A stretch of DNA of 64,000 nucleotides from an uncultured Gemmatimonadales bacterium (GCA_963809895.1 CAWELD010000004.1:195356-259355); one strand, 5' to 3'; shown: positions 10,217-22,336, counted from the first letter of the stretch. Notes: generated by a model not told the origin, from the letters alone. Made by a program: numbers and translations.

Positions 10217-12967
10217 ATGACCGAGCGACGGGATGGAGGAAAGGGGGAGGGCGGGGCCGACCCGCGACGTGGCCCGGTGCGATGGCTGCACCGGCTGGGG
10301 ATCGCAGGGCCCGGGCCGGAGGAGTCGGCGTCTCTGGAGGTCGAGCACCACATCGCGGAGCTGGCCGACCGCCTGGTGGCGAACGAGGGTCTCGAGCCCG
10401 ACGTGGCCCGCGCCGAGGCGGAGCGTCGCTTCGGCGATTCGGGACGCTATCGGGCTTCCATGCGGCGAATGGACGCGGAGAGGATGAAGATGATGCAACG
10501 CAGCGCACGCTGGGACGTCATTCGCGAAGCGGTGGCCAACACCATCCGGACGGCTCGCCGCTACCCGGGCTTCACGCTGGGGATCGTGCTCACCCTGGCC
10601 CTGGGGATCGGTGCCAACGCCACCATGTACGGCATCGTGGACCGGCTCCTGCTGCAGCCACCCGCGCACGTGGAGAACGCGGACCGGGTGGTGCGGATCT
10701 TCGAGCAGCGGCCGTCGTTCCTGCGACAGGACGAGCTGATCACGTCGTCGGGCCTGACCTTCCCGGACTTCGAGGATCTGAAGGCCCACCGGGGGTTCGA
10801 GCAGGTGGCGGCCCTGGCTTATCCGCAGAAGATGACCGTGGGAAGCGGCCCGGGAGCCGATCGGGTCACGGTGCTGCAGGCCACCCACGCACTGTTCCCG
10901 CTGCTGGGCGTGCAGCCCCGCCTGGGCCGATTCTACGGCCCGGACGACGATCGGGTCGACGCGACGCTCACGGCGGTCATCAGCTCCGAGTACTGGAAGC
11001 GCGCGTACGGTGGGGACCCCAGCGTTCTGGGCAGCACGCTGGAGCTGTCGGGCCGACCCGCGACCATCATCGGCGTCGCGCCCTCCGACTTCACCGGCGT
11101 GGACCTGGCCCCCGTCGACGTCTGGCTGCCGCTGGTCACGTCGGACCACATCACGGGCGGCGACGACTGCCGGGCCAGCCGCGGCTGCTGGTGGATCAAG
11201 GCGGTGGCCCGCCTCCGTCCGAACCAGACGCTGGCCGCGGCCGAGGAAGAGGCCACCCGACTGCATCGCAACGGCCGGCGCGAGATGATCGATCAGGGAC
11301 GCTTTCCCGCCGAGGCGGCCATCGTCCTGGGTCCGCTGATCGCGGCCCAGGGCCCCGAGGCCTCGTCCGGAATCCCGGGTGGCGCGCTGGCTCGCCATCG
11401 TATCGCTCATCGTGCTGCTCGTCGCCTGCGCCAACGTGGCCAACCTCTTCCTCACCCGGTCCATGCGCCAACGAAGAGAGGTGGCCGTGCGCCTGGCCCT
11501 GGGCGTGTCCCGGCGCAGGCTGGTGGGGCAGCGGGTGCTGGAAGCGCTCCTCCTCTCCCTGGTGGGTGGTGTCGTGGCCGTGGTCCTGGCCCGCTGGGGT
11601 GGTGAGGTTCTGCGACGCACGCTCCTGCCGGGCGTGCTCTTTCCCGGTGGGGCCTCAACGTCCGGGCGCTGGGCTTCACCCTGGTCCTGTCGCTGGCGGC
11701 GGGGCTGCTCGCCGGTCTGGGCCCGGCTATCCAGAGCACACGCGCCGACGTCGCCACCGAACTGGGAGAAGGGGGCCGGGGCAGCTCGAGGCGTGGATCG
11801 CGCCTCCGGGCCGGCCTCATCGTCGCCCAGGCCGCCATGTCGGTCGTCCTGCTGGTGGGTGCCGGGCTGTTCGTGAAGAGCCTGGAACACATCCACGGAC
11901 TGGACCTCGGCCTCGACGTGGACCGGCTGCTGGTGGCGGGACTCGAGTTCACGTCCAGCGATCTGGAGCCCGCAGAACGGAATGGAGTGTACCGTGACGC
12001 GATGCGCGAGCTGACGAGGCTGCCGCAGGTGGAATCCGCTACAGCCACCACAGCGCCATTCCAATGGGGGATGGCTACCAGCCTCGACATCCCCGGCGTG
12101 GACTCCATCCCCACCATGCCCGGTGGGGGACCGTACTACTACGGCGTAAGCCCGGACTACTTCGCCACCGTGGGACTGGGAGTCGTACGGGGCAGGGCGC
12201 TCACGCCGTCCGACGGCGAGACCGCAGAGAAGGTCGTGGTCGTGAGTGAGACCATGGCCGACGGCATCTGGCCCGACACCGATCCTCTGGGGGCCTGCAT
12301 GGTGGTGGGCCAGGACGACGACACCTGCCGCGCGGTGGTGGGCGTCGTGCAGGACGCCGCGCGTAGCGGCTATCAGGACAGGCCTTTCATGGCGTACTAC
12401 CTGCCGCTGGCGCAGCTCACCACCGAGCAGGCATCGGGGCTGTACGTTCGGGTCCGCGGCGCTCCCGACGACGCCGTCGGCGAGGTCGCCCGCACGCTCC
12501 GATCGTTCTCGCCATTGGTGCGCTACGCCAGCGTCGAGACGCTCCAGGACCGGCTCGATCCGCAGGCCCGCTCGTGGACGCTGGGCGCTACCATGTTCAG
12601 CCTCTTCGGATTGCTGGCCCTCGTGGTGGCGGCGGTGGGCCTCTACAGCGTGCTTGCCGTCGACGTGGCCCGCCGTACGCGGGAGTTGGGGATTCGCGCC
12701 GCGCTGGGTGCCCGACGCGCGCGCTTGCTCCGGAGCGTGCTGGTCGAAGGAACGCGACTCGCGGTGTTCGGGGTGGCGCTGGGTCTACTCGCCGCCTGGA
12801 TCGCCGCACCCCGAGCCAGCGACCTCCTCTTCGAGGTGGATCCCCACGATGTCGGCACGCTGGCGGCCGTGGCGCTGGCGTTGGTCGCCGTGGCCGTGGC
12901 GGCGAGCCTGATCCCCGGAATGCGGGCCACCCGCGTGGATCCCAGCGAGGCGCTGCGGGCGGAGTAG
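10217..12967 (+). pseudogene. ADOP family duplicated permease, two frameshifts (~11369 +1, ~11650 -1; probably sequencing errors)
   Basis: Three ORF pieces join into one [16 protein letters not shown] / [21 protein letters not shown] / RRTRELGIRAALG..DPSEALRAE. Confidence 0.85.
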
Positions 12968-13065
12968 ACGACGGCGGAGCCCCGTCGACGAACGGCGCGC
13001 GTCAGAATCCTCGGCGCTCACACGTATCGATTGCACACACGAGCGTTCCGACGGAGTGTATCCCG

Positions 13066-13455
13066 ATGCGTCTTCTCCGCCTTATCTCGTTCCCGGTACT
13101 GGGCCTGGTCTTCGCCCTGGCGGGCACCGCGTGCAACGACGGCCCCGCCGAGCCCGAGGCCGGCTTCGTCTCCGTCACCCTCCAGTCGCCGAACGGCCCC
13201 GAGGGTGGCGTCGTCTTCCTGGTGAAAGGGGATGCCCCGTCGCGCATCGTGTCGCCCGGCGGCCCACTCTTCACGCGCCAGGTCGCCGACGGTACGAGGG
13301 TCGCCGTGATCCGGGATCCCGCGGGGGTTCTGGGATTTCGCATGGAGATTCCCGACGTGGGCAATCCCCCGGACGTGGAGGTCGTCGAGGTCTCGGGACC
13401 CGATGACGTGCTGCGCGCCAATCTGGATCTCTACTCCGTGGAGATCTCCCGATGA
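13066..13455 (+). CDS. Small beta-rich lipoprotein
   Basis: Lipobox-like LAGTAC after a hydrophobic stretch; ATGA overlap with the downstream protease. Confidence 0.8.
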   Translation: MRLLRLISFPVLGLVFALAGTACNDGPAEPEAGFVSVTLQSPNGPEGGVVFLVKGDAPSRIVSPGGPLFTRQVADGTRVAVIRDPAGVLGFRMEIPDVGNPPDVEVVEVSGPDDVLRANLDLYSVEISR

Positions 13456-15360
13456 GGTGGCCGCGCGTGGGTCCGGCGGGTGGCTTGGGGCTGGTGCTCC
13501 TCGCCATGGCGACGCACGGGGCGCCCGCCGCTGCGCAGTCCGCGGATTCCCTCCTCCTGGTGGAGCCGTCCCGGGCTCCCGGGGTGTTCCCGCCGGCCTC
13601 CGCACCCAGGTCCGACGGTCGCTGGAATCCGCTGGGGATCCCGAGGCTGGCCCCGCTCGCCCCGGAGCACCGAGGGCATCCGGCCTGCCCAACCCCTCCG
13701 ACGTCCTGGTGGTGCCCGCGCTCTTCTCCGACTCCGAAGAGCCGACGGCTTTTCCGGTCGGCGAGATCCGGCGCATCCTCTTCGACGGGCCCTCGCCGGG
13801 CGGCACCTTCGTGGAGTTCTATCGCGAAGCCTCGCGTGGGCTGGTCGAACCCAACGGCTTCGTCACGCCCTGGGTCCAGACCGACGTGACGCTCTTCGAG
13901 GCCTCGGGCAACGATCAGGGCCACGGCTGGGTCGGCGAGCGCATCAGGGACTACATCGTGCAGGCCATGCAGGGAGCGGACCCGTACGTGGACTTCCGCC
14001 AGTTCGACAACGACGGCCCCGACGGCATGCCCAATAGCGGCGACGACGATGGCTACGTCGACGCCTTCGTGGTGGAGTTCTCCGGAATCGCCGGAAGCTG
14101 CGGGGGCCCCGCCATCTGGCCCCATTTCAGCGCGGTGTCCGAGTCGTCCACCCAACCCGGATGGCCCACGGAGACGTGGGAGCCAACGGCCAGCCCATCC
14201 GCATCTACACCTACCTGACCGAGAGCGTGACCGACTGCGGGGGCACCGACATCCAGGGGCCCAACGTCATCGCCCACGAATACGGCCACCTGCTGGGTCT
14301 GCCCGACGTCTATCAGGCCGTCGACGGCATCGAGCCTCAGAACCGCTGGTGGAACGTGGGGTGCTTCGGGCTGATGGCCGCGGGTTCGTGGGGATGTGGC
14401 TCGGGACCGCTCCCGAACCGGTACGGCCCGGTCCACCAGTCCGTCTACATGAAAGAGCGCCTGGGGTGGATGCCCGTCGAGCAGGTGGGCCCCGTCCTGG
14501 AAACGGAGTACGTCCTGAAGCCGGCCGAGACCACGGGGCGGGGCCTCCAGATCCAGCTTCCCACGGGCGAGTTCTTCCTCCTGGAGTACCGGGTCCGGAC
14601 CGGCTTCGACGCCACGCTCCCAGCCGCCGGCGTTCTCCTCTACGAGGTGGACAACAACTTCGCGAACCGCGTCGTTCCCGAGGGGCTGCCTCCGGCCACG
14701 CGCTACCACCTCATCGAGGCCGACGGCGACCACGCCCTCCGCAAGGTGGAGGCCGATGGAGGAAACCGCGGCGTGCCCGGTGACGTGTTCGGCATCGAGG
14801 GCCACAACGGACCCTATTCCAGCGCGCCGGGCGACGTGCGCCTCATCACCCACGAGGGCACGCCTACCACCGTCACCATCCACTCCGTGACCGTGGACGG
14901 CGACGTCGCGCGCATCGTGCTGTCCACCGCGCCGACGCCCACCCTGGTGGCGTCCAACGCCGCCGCCGACGCCCGCATCCTGGAGAACGGCACGCTCGCC
15001 ACCTTCCGGCTGGCCGGGGGTGCGCAGCCCTACGACGTGACGCTGGAAGAAGGCACGGGCCTGGAGGGCACGGTGGTGATGAACGGGACCGAAGGTCAGG
15101 TCGTCGGCACGCCCTTCGCATCCGGCACGGTCCCCATCGGTCTTTCCGTCACGGACGCCCTGGGTACGCACGTCGAGCTCGGGATCGACCTCCAGGTGCT
15201 CGGCGTCGATCTGGAGCTCACCGACCTCGTGGACGCGGCGCTCCATCTGGCCCCGTCCACCGGCGAAGCGGCGCTCTTCCTGGACGGTCAGGGGAATCGC
15301 AACGGCGCGCCGGACATCGGCGACCTGCGGGCCTACCTGCGCCGCGCCGGCGGATCCTGA
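13452..15360 (+). pseudogene. M6 (immune inhibitor A-like) metalloprotease, two frameshifts (~13662, ~14170; probably sequencing errors)
   Basis: Signal peptide; DFRQFDNDGPDGMPNSGDDDGYVD; IWPH; HEYGHLLGLPD zinc motif; EFFLLEYR; C-terminal Ig-like region and dockerin-like tail. Confidence 0.85.
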
Positions 15361-15425
15361 TCCCGGCATTCTCCTCCCGAGACGCCTCTGAATCCCCCCT
15401 TCCGGGGCGGGCGCGATTCGATTAA

Positions 15426-15440
15426 TATGCAATCTGCATA
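15426..15440. promoter_or_regulatory. Putative PadR operator
   Basis: Perfect TATGCA-ATC-TGCATA 15 bp before the PadR ATG. Confidence 0.7.
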
Positions 15441-15455
15441 CAACGGAGCCGCGCC

Positions 15456-15818
15456 ATGCCCGAACCCGAAAGAGATCCCGAGTCGTTCCTGCCCCTGAAG
15501 GCGGTGGACCACCTCACGCTGCTCCTGCTCGCGCGGGAGCCGTCGTACGGCGTCCAGCTGCTGGAGCGTCTGGAGACCAGCTCCGACGGCGTGATCCGTC
15601 TCAACGCGGGATCCCTCTACCGGACGCTCGCCCAACTCGTGGACCGGGGGCTGGTAGAGCCGCTGGACGAGGTGCCCAATCCGACCGGTGTGGGGGCGCC
15701 CAGGAAGCTGTACGGCGTCACGGAGCGCGGACGGGCGGTGCTGCGGGCCGAGTCCGAGCGGCAGGCCGCATTGCTGGAGATGGCGCGCTCGCTGGACCTG
15801 GCCGAGGGCGGCGCGTGA
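15456..15818 (+). CDS. PadR family transcriptional regulator
   Basis: EPSYGVQL..NAGSLYRTLAQLVDRGLV..RKLYGVTERGR. Confidence 0.92.
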   Translation: MPEPERDPESFLPLKAVDHLTLLLLAREPSYGVQLLERLETSSDGVIRLNAGSLYRTLAQLVDRGLVEPLDEVPNPTGVGAPRKLYGVTERGRAVLRAESERQAALLEMARSLDLAEGGA

Positions 15819-18450
15819 GGGGCCCGCCTCGCCTGCTGCGGGTGCTGCTGCGCCTGTACCCCCGGCGCCACCGGGAGACGTACGGCGCCGAAATGTGGGA
15901 CGTGGTGCGCCACCGCTACCAGACCGGCCACGCGCGCGGTTGGGCGCGTGTGCGCCTCCACGCCGAGGTCGCCGCCGACCTCGTCTGGAACGCCGCGCGT
16001 CTGTGGACGACCGAGTTGGGGAGGATGACGATGGGACGGGGACGAGGAGGCTGGGGGCTCGACGTGCGCTTCGTGCTGCGGGCGCTTCGCAGGCGGCCAG
16101 GCTACACGATCACGGCACTGGCGGTTCTGGCCGGAGCCGTGGCGGTCAACGCCTCGGTGTTCAGCTACGTGCGGGGCACGCTGCTGGCCGAGCCCACGTA
16201 TCCCGGAGCCGACCGCCTCGTCATCGTGTGGGGTAGCAATCCCACCGAAGGTCAGGTCCGGGACGTCATCTCGGGCCCCGACTATCTGGACCTGGCGCGC
16301 GAGAACAGCTCTCTCGAGAGCATCGCGGCATTCCACATCGACGGCGCGGGCGTTCCGGACGCCGACGGGCATCCGCAGGTCTACGACGCCGAGACCGTGT
16401 CGGCCTCCTTCTTCCAGGTGGTTCCCGTGCAGCCGGCTCTGGGCCGCGTGTTCGATGCGCGGGAGCGGAACTCCGGCGGCGAGCGCACGGTGGTGGTGTC
16501 GTGGGCGTTCTGGCGCGACCACCTGGGGCAGGATCCGGCCTGGCTCGGACGGTCGCTGACCATCGAAGGGGAGCCCCACACCGTCATCGGCGTGTTGCCC
16601 GAGGACTTCCAGTTCCTGCTGCCGGTGGCGTTCTGGCTTCCGCTGTACGACGACGTTCTCGCGGCGGACGACCCCTCGCACATCCACTACAACGCCCTGG
16701 GCCGCATGCGCCCCGGGGTGACCGCCCAGGACGTGACCCGCGACCTTGCCGCCGTCCAGCGCAGGACCAACGAGCGGCGCGGCGGCTCTCAGGGTTGGAG
16801 CATCCTGGCCGAGCGGCTCCATGAGACCTCGGTCATGGCCATTCGGAGCATCCTGTGGACCGTGACCGGCGCCGTGGGCCTGGTGCTCCTCATCGCCCTC
16901 GTGAACCTGGCCACCCTCTTCCGCATCCGGACGCTGGGCCGCGACGACGAGCTGGGCGTGCGCCTGGCGTTGGGAGCGAGTCGCGGGCGCGTGGCACGGA
17001 TCCTGGCGCTGGAGTCGGGGGTCCTCGCTCTCTGTGGCGCGGCGTTGGGACTACTGGCCGCCCCTCTGATGCTGGCTCGGGCGCGCGAACTGCTCCCTGT
17101 CTGGGTGCCGATCCCGGACTCCGCCGCCCGCGTGCCCGTCCTTCAGGCGGTGCTGGATCCCGCCGTGGCCGGCACCTCGCTGGGCCTCGCGCTCCTCGGG
17201 GCGTTGGCCCTCACCGCTCCCGGTCTCGTGCGGGCGGTGCGGGCCCGAGGCGCCGCGCGGGGGGGCGAGGCCGGATCGGTTCCCGTGGGACCCGGTGGCT
17301 GGTGGCCGTGGAGCTGGCGCTGGCCACGGTGCTTTGCCTGGGCGCGGTGCTCACCACCCGCAGCGCGTCACGCCTGCTGGCCACGGACGTGGGCCTCCGA
17401 GATCAGGGCCTGTTGACCTTCTGGGTGGGCGACGTGTGGGACCTTCCCCGGGAGGATCAGGTCCAGTACTACCGGGACATCGTCGAGGCCGTCGAGGAGG
17501 TGCCGGGCGTGACCTCCGCCGCCCTCGTCGACTACATCCCCTTCGAAGGCGAGGACGATTTCGCCCGGGTCTACTTCCTGGACCGCTCCTTTCAGCCCGT
17601 GGAGAGCCAGCGGGAGGAGTGGCGCCGGGTGACCGACGGCCTCTTCGAGACCGCCGGCATGTCCATGCTCGCCGGCCGCTCGTTCGCATCGGGGGACTTC
17701 CAGGGCCCGCCCCGCGTGGCCGTCGTGAACCAGGCCTTCGCGCGCAAACACTACCCGCAGGGCTCCGCCGTCGGCCAGCTGATCAGCACGCATGACGAGA
17801 ACTACCGGAACCTGCGCATCGTGGGGGTGGTCTCCGACGTGCGCTCCAGGGGCCCGGCGAACCCTGCCACGCCCATGCTGTACGTGCCCAATCAGGGTAG
17901 CCCCCGCGGCACCGTGGGCATGTACGTCCGGGTCTCGGGTGCCGAGCCCATGGCGCTGGCGCCGGCTGTCCGCGATGCGGTGTGGTCCGTGGATCCCACC
18001 CAGCTCGTGGCGGACATGCTCCCCATGTCGACGCTGGTGGCGGCATGGGTCGCGATTCCCCGCGCCGTGCGCACGTTGCTCTCCTGGGTGGCGGCCCTGG
18101 CGCTGGGGCTCGCGGCCGTGGGCGTGTTCGGCGTGGTGGCCTACGCGGTGCGTGGCCGAAGGCAGGAGATCGGCGTGCGGCTGGCCCTGGGCGCATCGCC
18201 CGGGCGCCTCCGCAGAGAGGTGTTGGCCGGGGCGCTTCCCATGGTGGTCCTGGGGGTGGGAGGAGGTGTGGTCGCCGGCCTGCTCGCAGCACGCGCGGCG
18301 GGGGCGCTCCTCTACGGCGTTGCGCCGGCCGATCCGGTGTCGCTGGGGATCGCGCTGCTGGCCATGGCCACCGTCGCTCTGCTGGCGATCTGGATCCCGG
18401 CTCGGCGTGCCTCACGCATCGATCCCACGGAGGCCATCCGGGCCGATTGA
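15815..18450 (+). pseudogene. ADOP family duplicated permease, one frameshift in G7 run 17259-17265
   Basis: N-half (LYPRRHRETYGAEM..ELGVRLALGA) and C-half (WLVAVELALA..RRQEIGVRLALGA..DPTEAIRAD) are restored to one frame by adding one G. Confidence 0.85.
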
Positions 18451-18463
18451 GGGGTCGCCGTTC

Positions 18464-19135
18464 TCAGCCCCAGATCTCGAAGAACTCCACTCGCTCGCTC
18501 CCACCGGTCCGGTCCGAGCCCAGGTAGCCCAGATAGACCCTGGTGAGCTCCCGCACCCGCAGGTCGTCGGTGAGCTCGGGCAGCGCCTCGTCGAGCTCGG
18601 CCGACTCCTCGAGCTCCCGCACCGCGCTCACGATCACGGCGAGCCCCAGATCCACGGCCAGCTCCGGCTCCGGATGCGCGACGCGGGCGCGATGCCGGAG
18701 GATCAGGTCCCGAAGGTCGGCACGCAGGGCGGCGTGGAAGCGCCGGGCCAGGTCGTTGGCGCCGGGATTGCCGCGGCGCCCTTCCAGCACCCGCCGCTGC
18801 CGGGCTCCCGTGCGGTAGGCCTCCAGGAGGATCCGCACCACCGCCTCCACCAGCTCCTCCAGCTCCAGCTCGTCCCACTCCACCTGGTCGCGCGCCTCCG
18901 CCCAGTGCTCCTCGGCATCCGCCCACAGACGCTCTTCGAGATAGACCAGCAGATCCTCCTTGCCACGGAAGCGGGCGTAGAAGGATCCCACCGACGATCC
19001 GGCGAGCTCCACGATGTCGTGCACGCCGGTGTTCTCGACGCCCTTCTCGGCGATGAGCTCGAGGGCAGCCCGGACGATCAGGTTCAGAGTGCGACGCGAG
19101 CGATCCTGCTTGGGCGGGCGCAAGCGGGCGGGCAC
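18464..19135 (-). CDS. TetR/AcrR family transcriptional regulator
   Basis: PKQDRSRRT..AALELIAEKG..DIVELAGSSVGSFYARFRGKEDLL HTH. Confidence 0.93.
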   Translation of the reverse strand: MPARLRPPKQDRSRRTLNLIVRAALELIAEKGVENTGVHDIVELAGSSVGSFYARFRGKEDLLVYLEERLWADAEEHWAEARDQVEWDELELEELVEAVVRILLEAYRTGARQRRVLEGRRGNPGANDLARRFHAALRADLRDLILRHRARVAHPEPELAVDLGLAVIVSAVRELEESAELDEALPELTDDLRVRELTRVYLGYLGSDRTGGSERVEFFEIWG

Positions 19136-19288
19136 GGGGGTCCTCCGGCGGACTCGAGGGATGGCCAGCGGTCACCATAAAATCCGAAGTGCTATTCTGT
19201 TTCGCAAGGGATGTGGCTTGGCTGGGCCGCATTCCGACCATCCCTCCGGGGATCGGCCACTCGCGCCCTTGCGAGGATCCCCCTCTTC

Positions 19289-19315
19289 ACTAAGATTCTT
19301 GGGTAAGAACCTTGC
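19289..19315. promoter_or_regulatory. Degenerate tandem operator resembling the 9796 box
   Basis: ACTAAGATTCTTGG followed by GTAAGAACCTTGC; matches CTAA-N5-TT(A/G)G upstream of the other TIGR03433-type PadR. Confidence 0.55.
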
Positions 19316-19352
19316 TGGTCGTCGTCGAGGCCCCGAGCCGATTGGAGGAAAC

Positions 19353-19691
19353 GTGACCGAGAGCACCTCGCCCAACCTGATGCGGGGCACGGTGGACCTG
19401 GTGGTGCTACGGACCCTGCAGGAGGGGCCCATGCACGGATTCGCCATCGCCCGATGGATCCGCGACGGGAGCGACGACGTGGTCCAGTTCGAGGATGCCG
19501 CGCTGTACCAGTCGCTCCACCGCCTGGAGCGCAAGGCCCTGGTGGAGTCGTCGTGGGGCCGCTCGGAGAACAATCGCCGGGCTCGCTTCTACCGCCTCAC
19601 GGACCGTGGCCGCCGCCACCTGGAGCGCCAGGCGGAAGAGTTCAGGAGCTACGCCGAGGCCGTCACACGCCTGCTGGAAGGCGAGGCATAG
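19353..19691 (+). CDS. PadR family regulator, acidobacterial subtype
   Basis: GTG after GGAGGA; RGTVDLVVLRTL..PMHGFAI..EDAALYQSLHRLE..WGRSENNRRARFYRLT. Confidence 0.93.
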   Translation: MTESTSPNLMRGTVDLVVLRTLQEGPMHGFAIARWIRDGSDDVVQFEDAALYQSLHRLERKALVESSWGRSENNRRARFYRLTDRGRRHLERQAEEFRSYAEAVTRLLEGEA

Positions 19692-19723
19692 CAGGACGCT
19701 GCGCGTCCGGGGGGGACGGGACC

Positions 19724-22336
19724 ATGAACCGGCACGATGCTGGCCCGCCGTGGGGAGACGACTCCCGGCGCGAGGTGCGCGAAGAGCTGCGCTTCCACAT
19801 CCAGGAGCGCGCCCTGGAGTTGGAGGCCACGGGCCTGGACAGCGCCGAGGCCCTGCGGCGCGCCCGCGAGGAGTTCGGAGACGTCGAGGCGACCCTCCGG
19901 TACTGCCACCGTGAAGACCGCCGCCGCCTGCGGCGCCGAAGCCTGAAGCAACTCGTCTCGGGCGCCGTCACGGAGATGGTCGGTGCGCTCCGTGCGCTCA
20001 GGCGCCATCCCGCAGCCGCGCTCGGTCCGGGAGCCATCCTCGCCGCCGCCATCGCCCTCAACGCGTTGGTCTTCACGGTCGTGCGGGGCGTGCTCCTGGC
20101 TCCCCTGCCCTTCGCCGCATCCGATCGCGTGTACGTGGCCGAAGAGGTGACGGACGGAGGAGGCCTGGTGCGGGTCTCCTATCCGGTCCTCGAGGCCTGG
20201 CGTGAACAGGCCACGGGCGTCGAGGCCGTAACCGGCTACCTGGAGAACCAGTTCGTCCTGGACGACGGAGACGAGCCGCGGCACGTGCCGGGCGCCGCCG
20301 TGGCCGAGGGCTTCCTGAGCTTCCTGCAGGCACCCCTGGTCATGGGGCGGCCACTGACGCCCGACGACCACCGACCGGGAGCTCCGCGCCGGGCGCTGAT
20401 CTCGGAAGGTCTGTGGCGGAGCCAATACGGGGCTTCAGCCGACGTCCTCGAGCGCACGATCCGCCTGGACGGCGACGCCTACTCCATCGCCGGAGTGGTG
20501 CGCGACGCCGCGGGCTTTCCCGACGACGCCCGCATCTGGCTGCCCCTCGAAGCCTCGGCGCCCGGCATCATGGAGGTCGCGGGGGCCAAGATCGTGGTGG
20601 GCCTGGCCCGGCTGAGACCCGGCGTCTCCGCTAGCGCCGAAAGCCTCGAGCTGGCCCGCATCTCCGCCTCGGTAACCGGTGGCGCTCCCGACGCGGCGCT
20701 GGCTCCCTTGAAGGACCGGCTTCTCGGCGACGTGCGCACCCCCCTGCTCCTCCTCCAGGGCGCGGTGCTCCTCGTCTTGCTGGCGGCCTGTGCCAATGCC
20801 GGGGGGATGCTTCTCGCCCGCACCGTGCGGCGCCGGGCCGAGCTCGCCGTTCGCACCGCGTTGGGCGCCGGCCGGCTGCGCATCGCCGGGTCCCTCCTGC
20901 TCGAAGGGCTCGCTCTGGGGCTGGCCGCCGGCCTCGTGGGGCTCGTCGCGGCGGCCGTCCTTCTGAGGCCGACACTGGCGCTGGTGCCCGACGACCTGCC
21001 GCGGGCGGCCCACATCGCCCTCGATCCCACCGTGTCGCTGGTCGCCCTCCTTCTGGCGGCGGGCACCGGCCTTGTCACCTCCGCCGTTCCGGCCCTCACC
21101 GGCGGACGCACGCCCCCCGCGGCCCTGCTGCGCGAAGCCGGTGGCTCCACCGGCGGCACGCCGTGGCTACACCGCATGCTGGAAGGCTTGATCGTGGGGC
21201 AGGTAGCGCTGGCCGTGCTCCTGACCGTGGGCGCCGGGCTCCTCTTGAGGAGCTTCGTGGCGACCTTGCAGGAAGACCCCGGCTTCGATCCATCGCAGGT
21301 CACCGTGGTGGACGTCACGCTTCCTTCGTACCGCTATCCCGACGAGGCGGGACGGGTCGCGTTCGCCCGCACCCTCCTGGAGCGCGCCCACGAGCTTCCG
21401 GGCGCTCAGGCCGTGGCGCTGGGACGCAACCTGCCCATCTCGGGTTCCAACATGACCTCTCCCCTGGTGGTCGAGGGCGCCGCACAACCGACCTCCGCCG
21501 TCCAGCTGGCGTGGGTGAGCGCCGACTATTTCGACGTGCTCCGGCTGCCGCTGGACGAGGGAACCGGGTTCGGCCCCGACGGCGACCGCACCGACGCCAC
21601 TCCGCTCATGATCGTCGACGGCCTGGTCCACACAGCGGCCGGCCGGCCGCTGTCGGTGGGCGACCGCGCCCACTCCTTCTTCGGGAACCAGGGATTCCGG
21701 ACCGTGGTGGGAATCGCGGGAAGCGTGCGCCACGACGGGCTCCGGGCGGCGCCCACGCCCGTGGCCTACGTGCCCTTCTTCCAGGCCGGAGGCGCCGGCG
21801 GATTCTCGCTCCTGGTGCGCTCGGACGCGCCGTCAGCCGCAGTGGTGTCCGCGGCGCGGTCCCTGCTGCGCGATCTCGACCCGACGCTCCCCGTCGACGA
21901 GGTCGCGACCATGGCCTCCCGGATCCGACGGTCGGTGGCGCGACCTCGCTTCTACGCCGCGGGCCTGGGCATCTTCGGCGCCCTGGCCCTGCTGCTGGCG
22001 CTGGCGGGATGCCAGGCGGGGCTGGCCCACCGGGTGGCCGCGCGGCGGCGCGAGATGGGGCTCCGGATGGCGCTGGGCGCCTCGGGTCTCGCCGTGCGAC
22101 GGATGGTGGTTCGCCGCGGCCTGACGCTCACGGTGGCGGGTGCCCTGGTGGGCCTGGCCCTCGCCCTTCCGTCCACGCGCATCCTCCGCAGCCAGCTCTA
22201 CGGGCTGACGGCCGGCGACCCGGTCACCTACGTGGCGACGCTCGTTCTGCTGCTCCTGGCCGGAGCGGTGGCGTCCGACGTGCCGGCCCGTCGGGCCGCT
22301 CGCGTGGATCCGGTGACCACGCTCAAGGAAGGGTAG
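19724..22336 (+). CDS. ADOP family duplicated permease
   Basis: Prefix EVREELRFHI..RRAREEFG; ACANAGGMLLAR..RRAELAVRTALGA; RRREMGLRMALGA. Confidence 0.93.
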   Translation: MNRHDAGPPWGDDSRREVREELRFHIQERALELEATGLDSAEALRRAREEFGDVEATLRYCHREDRRRLRRRSLKQLVSGAVTEMVGALRALRRHPAAALGPGAILAAAIALNALVFTVVRGVLLAPLPFAASDRVYVAEEVTDGGGLVRVSYPVLEAWREQATGVEAVTGYLENQFVLDDGDEPRHVPGAAVAEGFLSFLQAPLVMGRPLTPDDHRPGAPRRALISEGLWRSQYGASADVLERTIRLDGDAYSIAGVVRDAAGFPDDARIWLPLEASAPGIMEVAGAKIVVGLARLRPGVSASAESLELARISASVTGGAPDAALAPLKDRLLGDVRTPLLLLQGAVLLVLLAACANAGGMLLARTVRRRAELAVRTALGAGRLRIAGSLLLEGLALGLAAGLVGLVAAAVLLRPTLALVPDDLPRAAHIALDPTVSLVALLLAAGTGLVTSAVPALTGGRTPPAALLREAGGSTGGTPWLHRMLEGLIVGQVALAVLLTVGAGLLLRSFVATLQEDPGFDPSQVTVVDVTLPSYRYPDEAGRVAFARTLLERAHELPGAQAVALGRNLPISGSNMTSPLVVEGAAQPTSAVQLAWVSADYFDVLRLPLDEGTGFGPDGDRTDATPLMIVDGLVHTAAGRPLSVGDRAHSFFGNQGFRTVVGIAGSVRHDGLRAAPTPVAYVPFFQAGGAGGFSLLVRSDAPSAAVVSAARSLLRDLDPTLPVDEVATMASRIRRSVARPRFYAAGLGIFGALALLLALAGCQAGLAHRVAARRREMGLRMALGASGLAVRRMVVRRGLTLTVAGALVGLALALPSTRILRSQLYGLTAGDPVTYVATLVLLLLAGAVASDVPARRAARVDPVTTLKEG

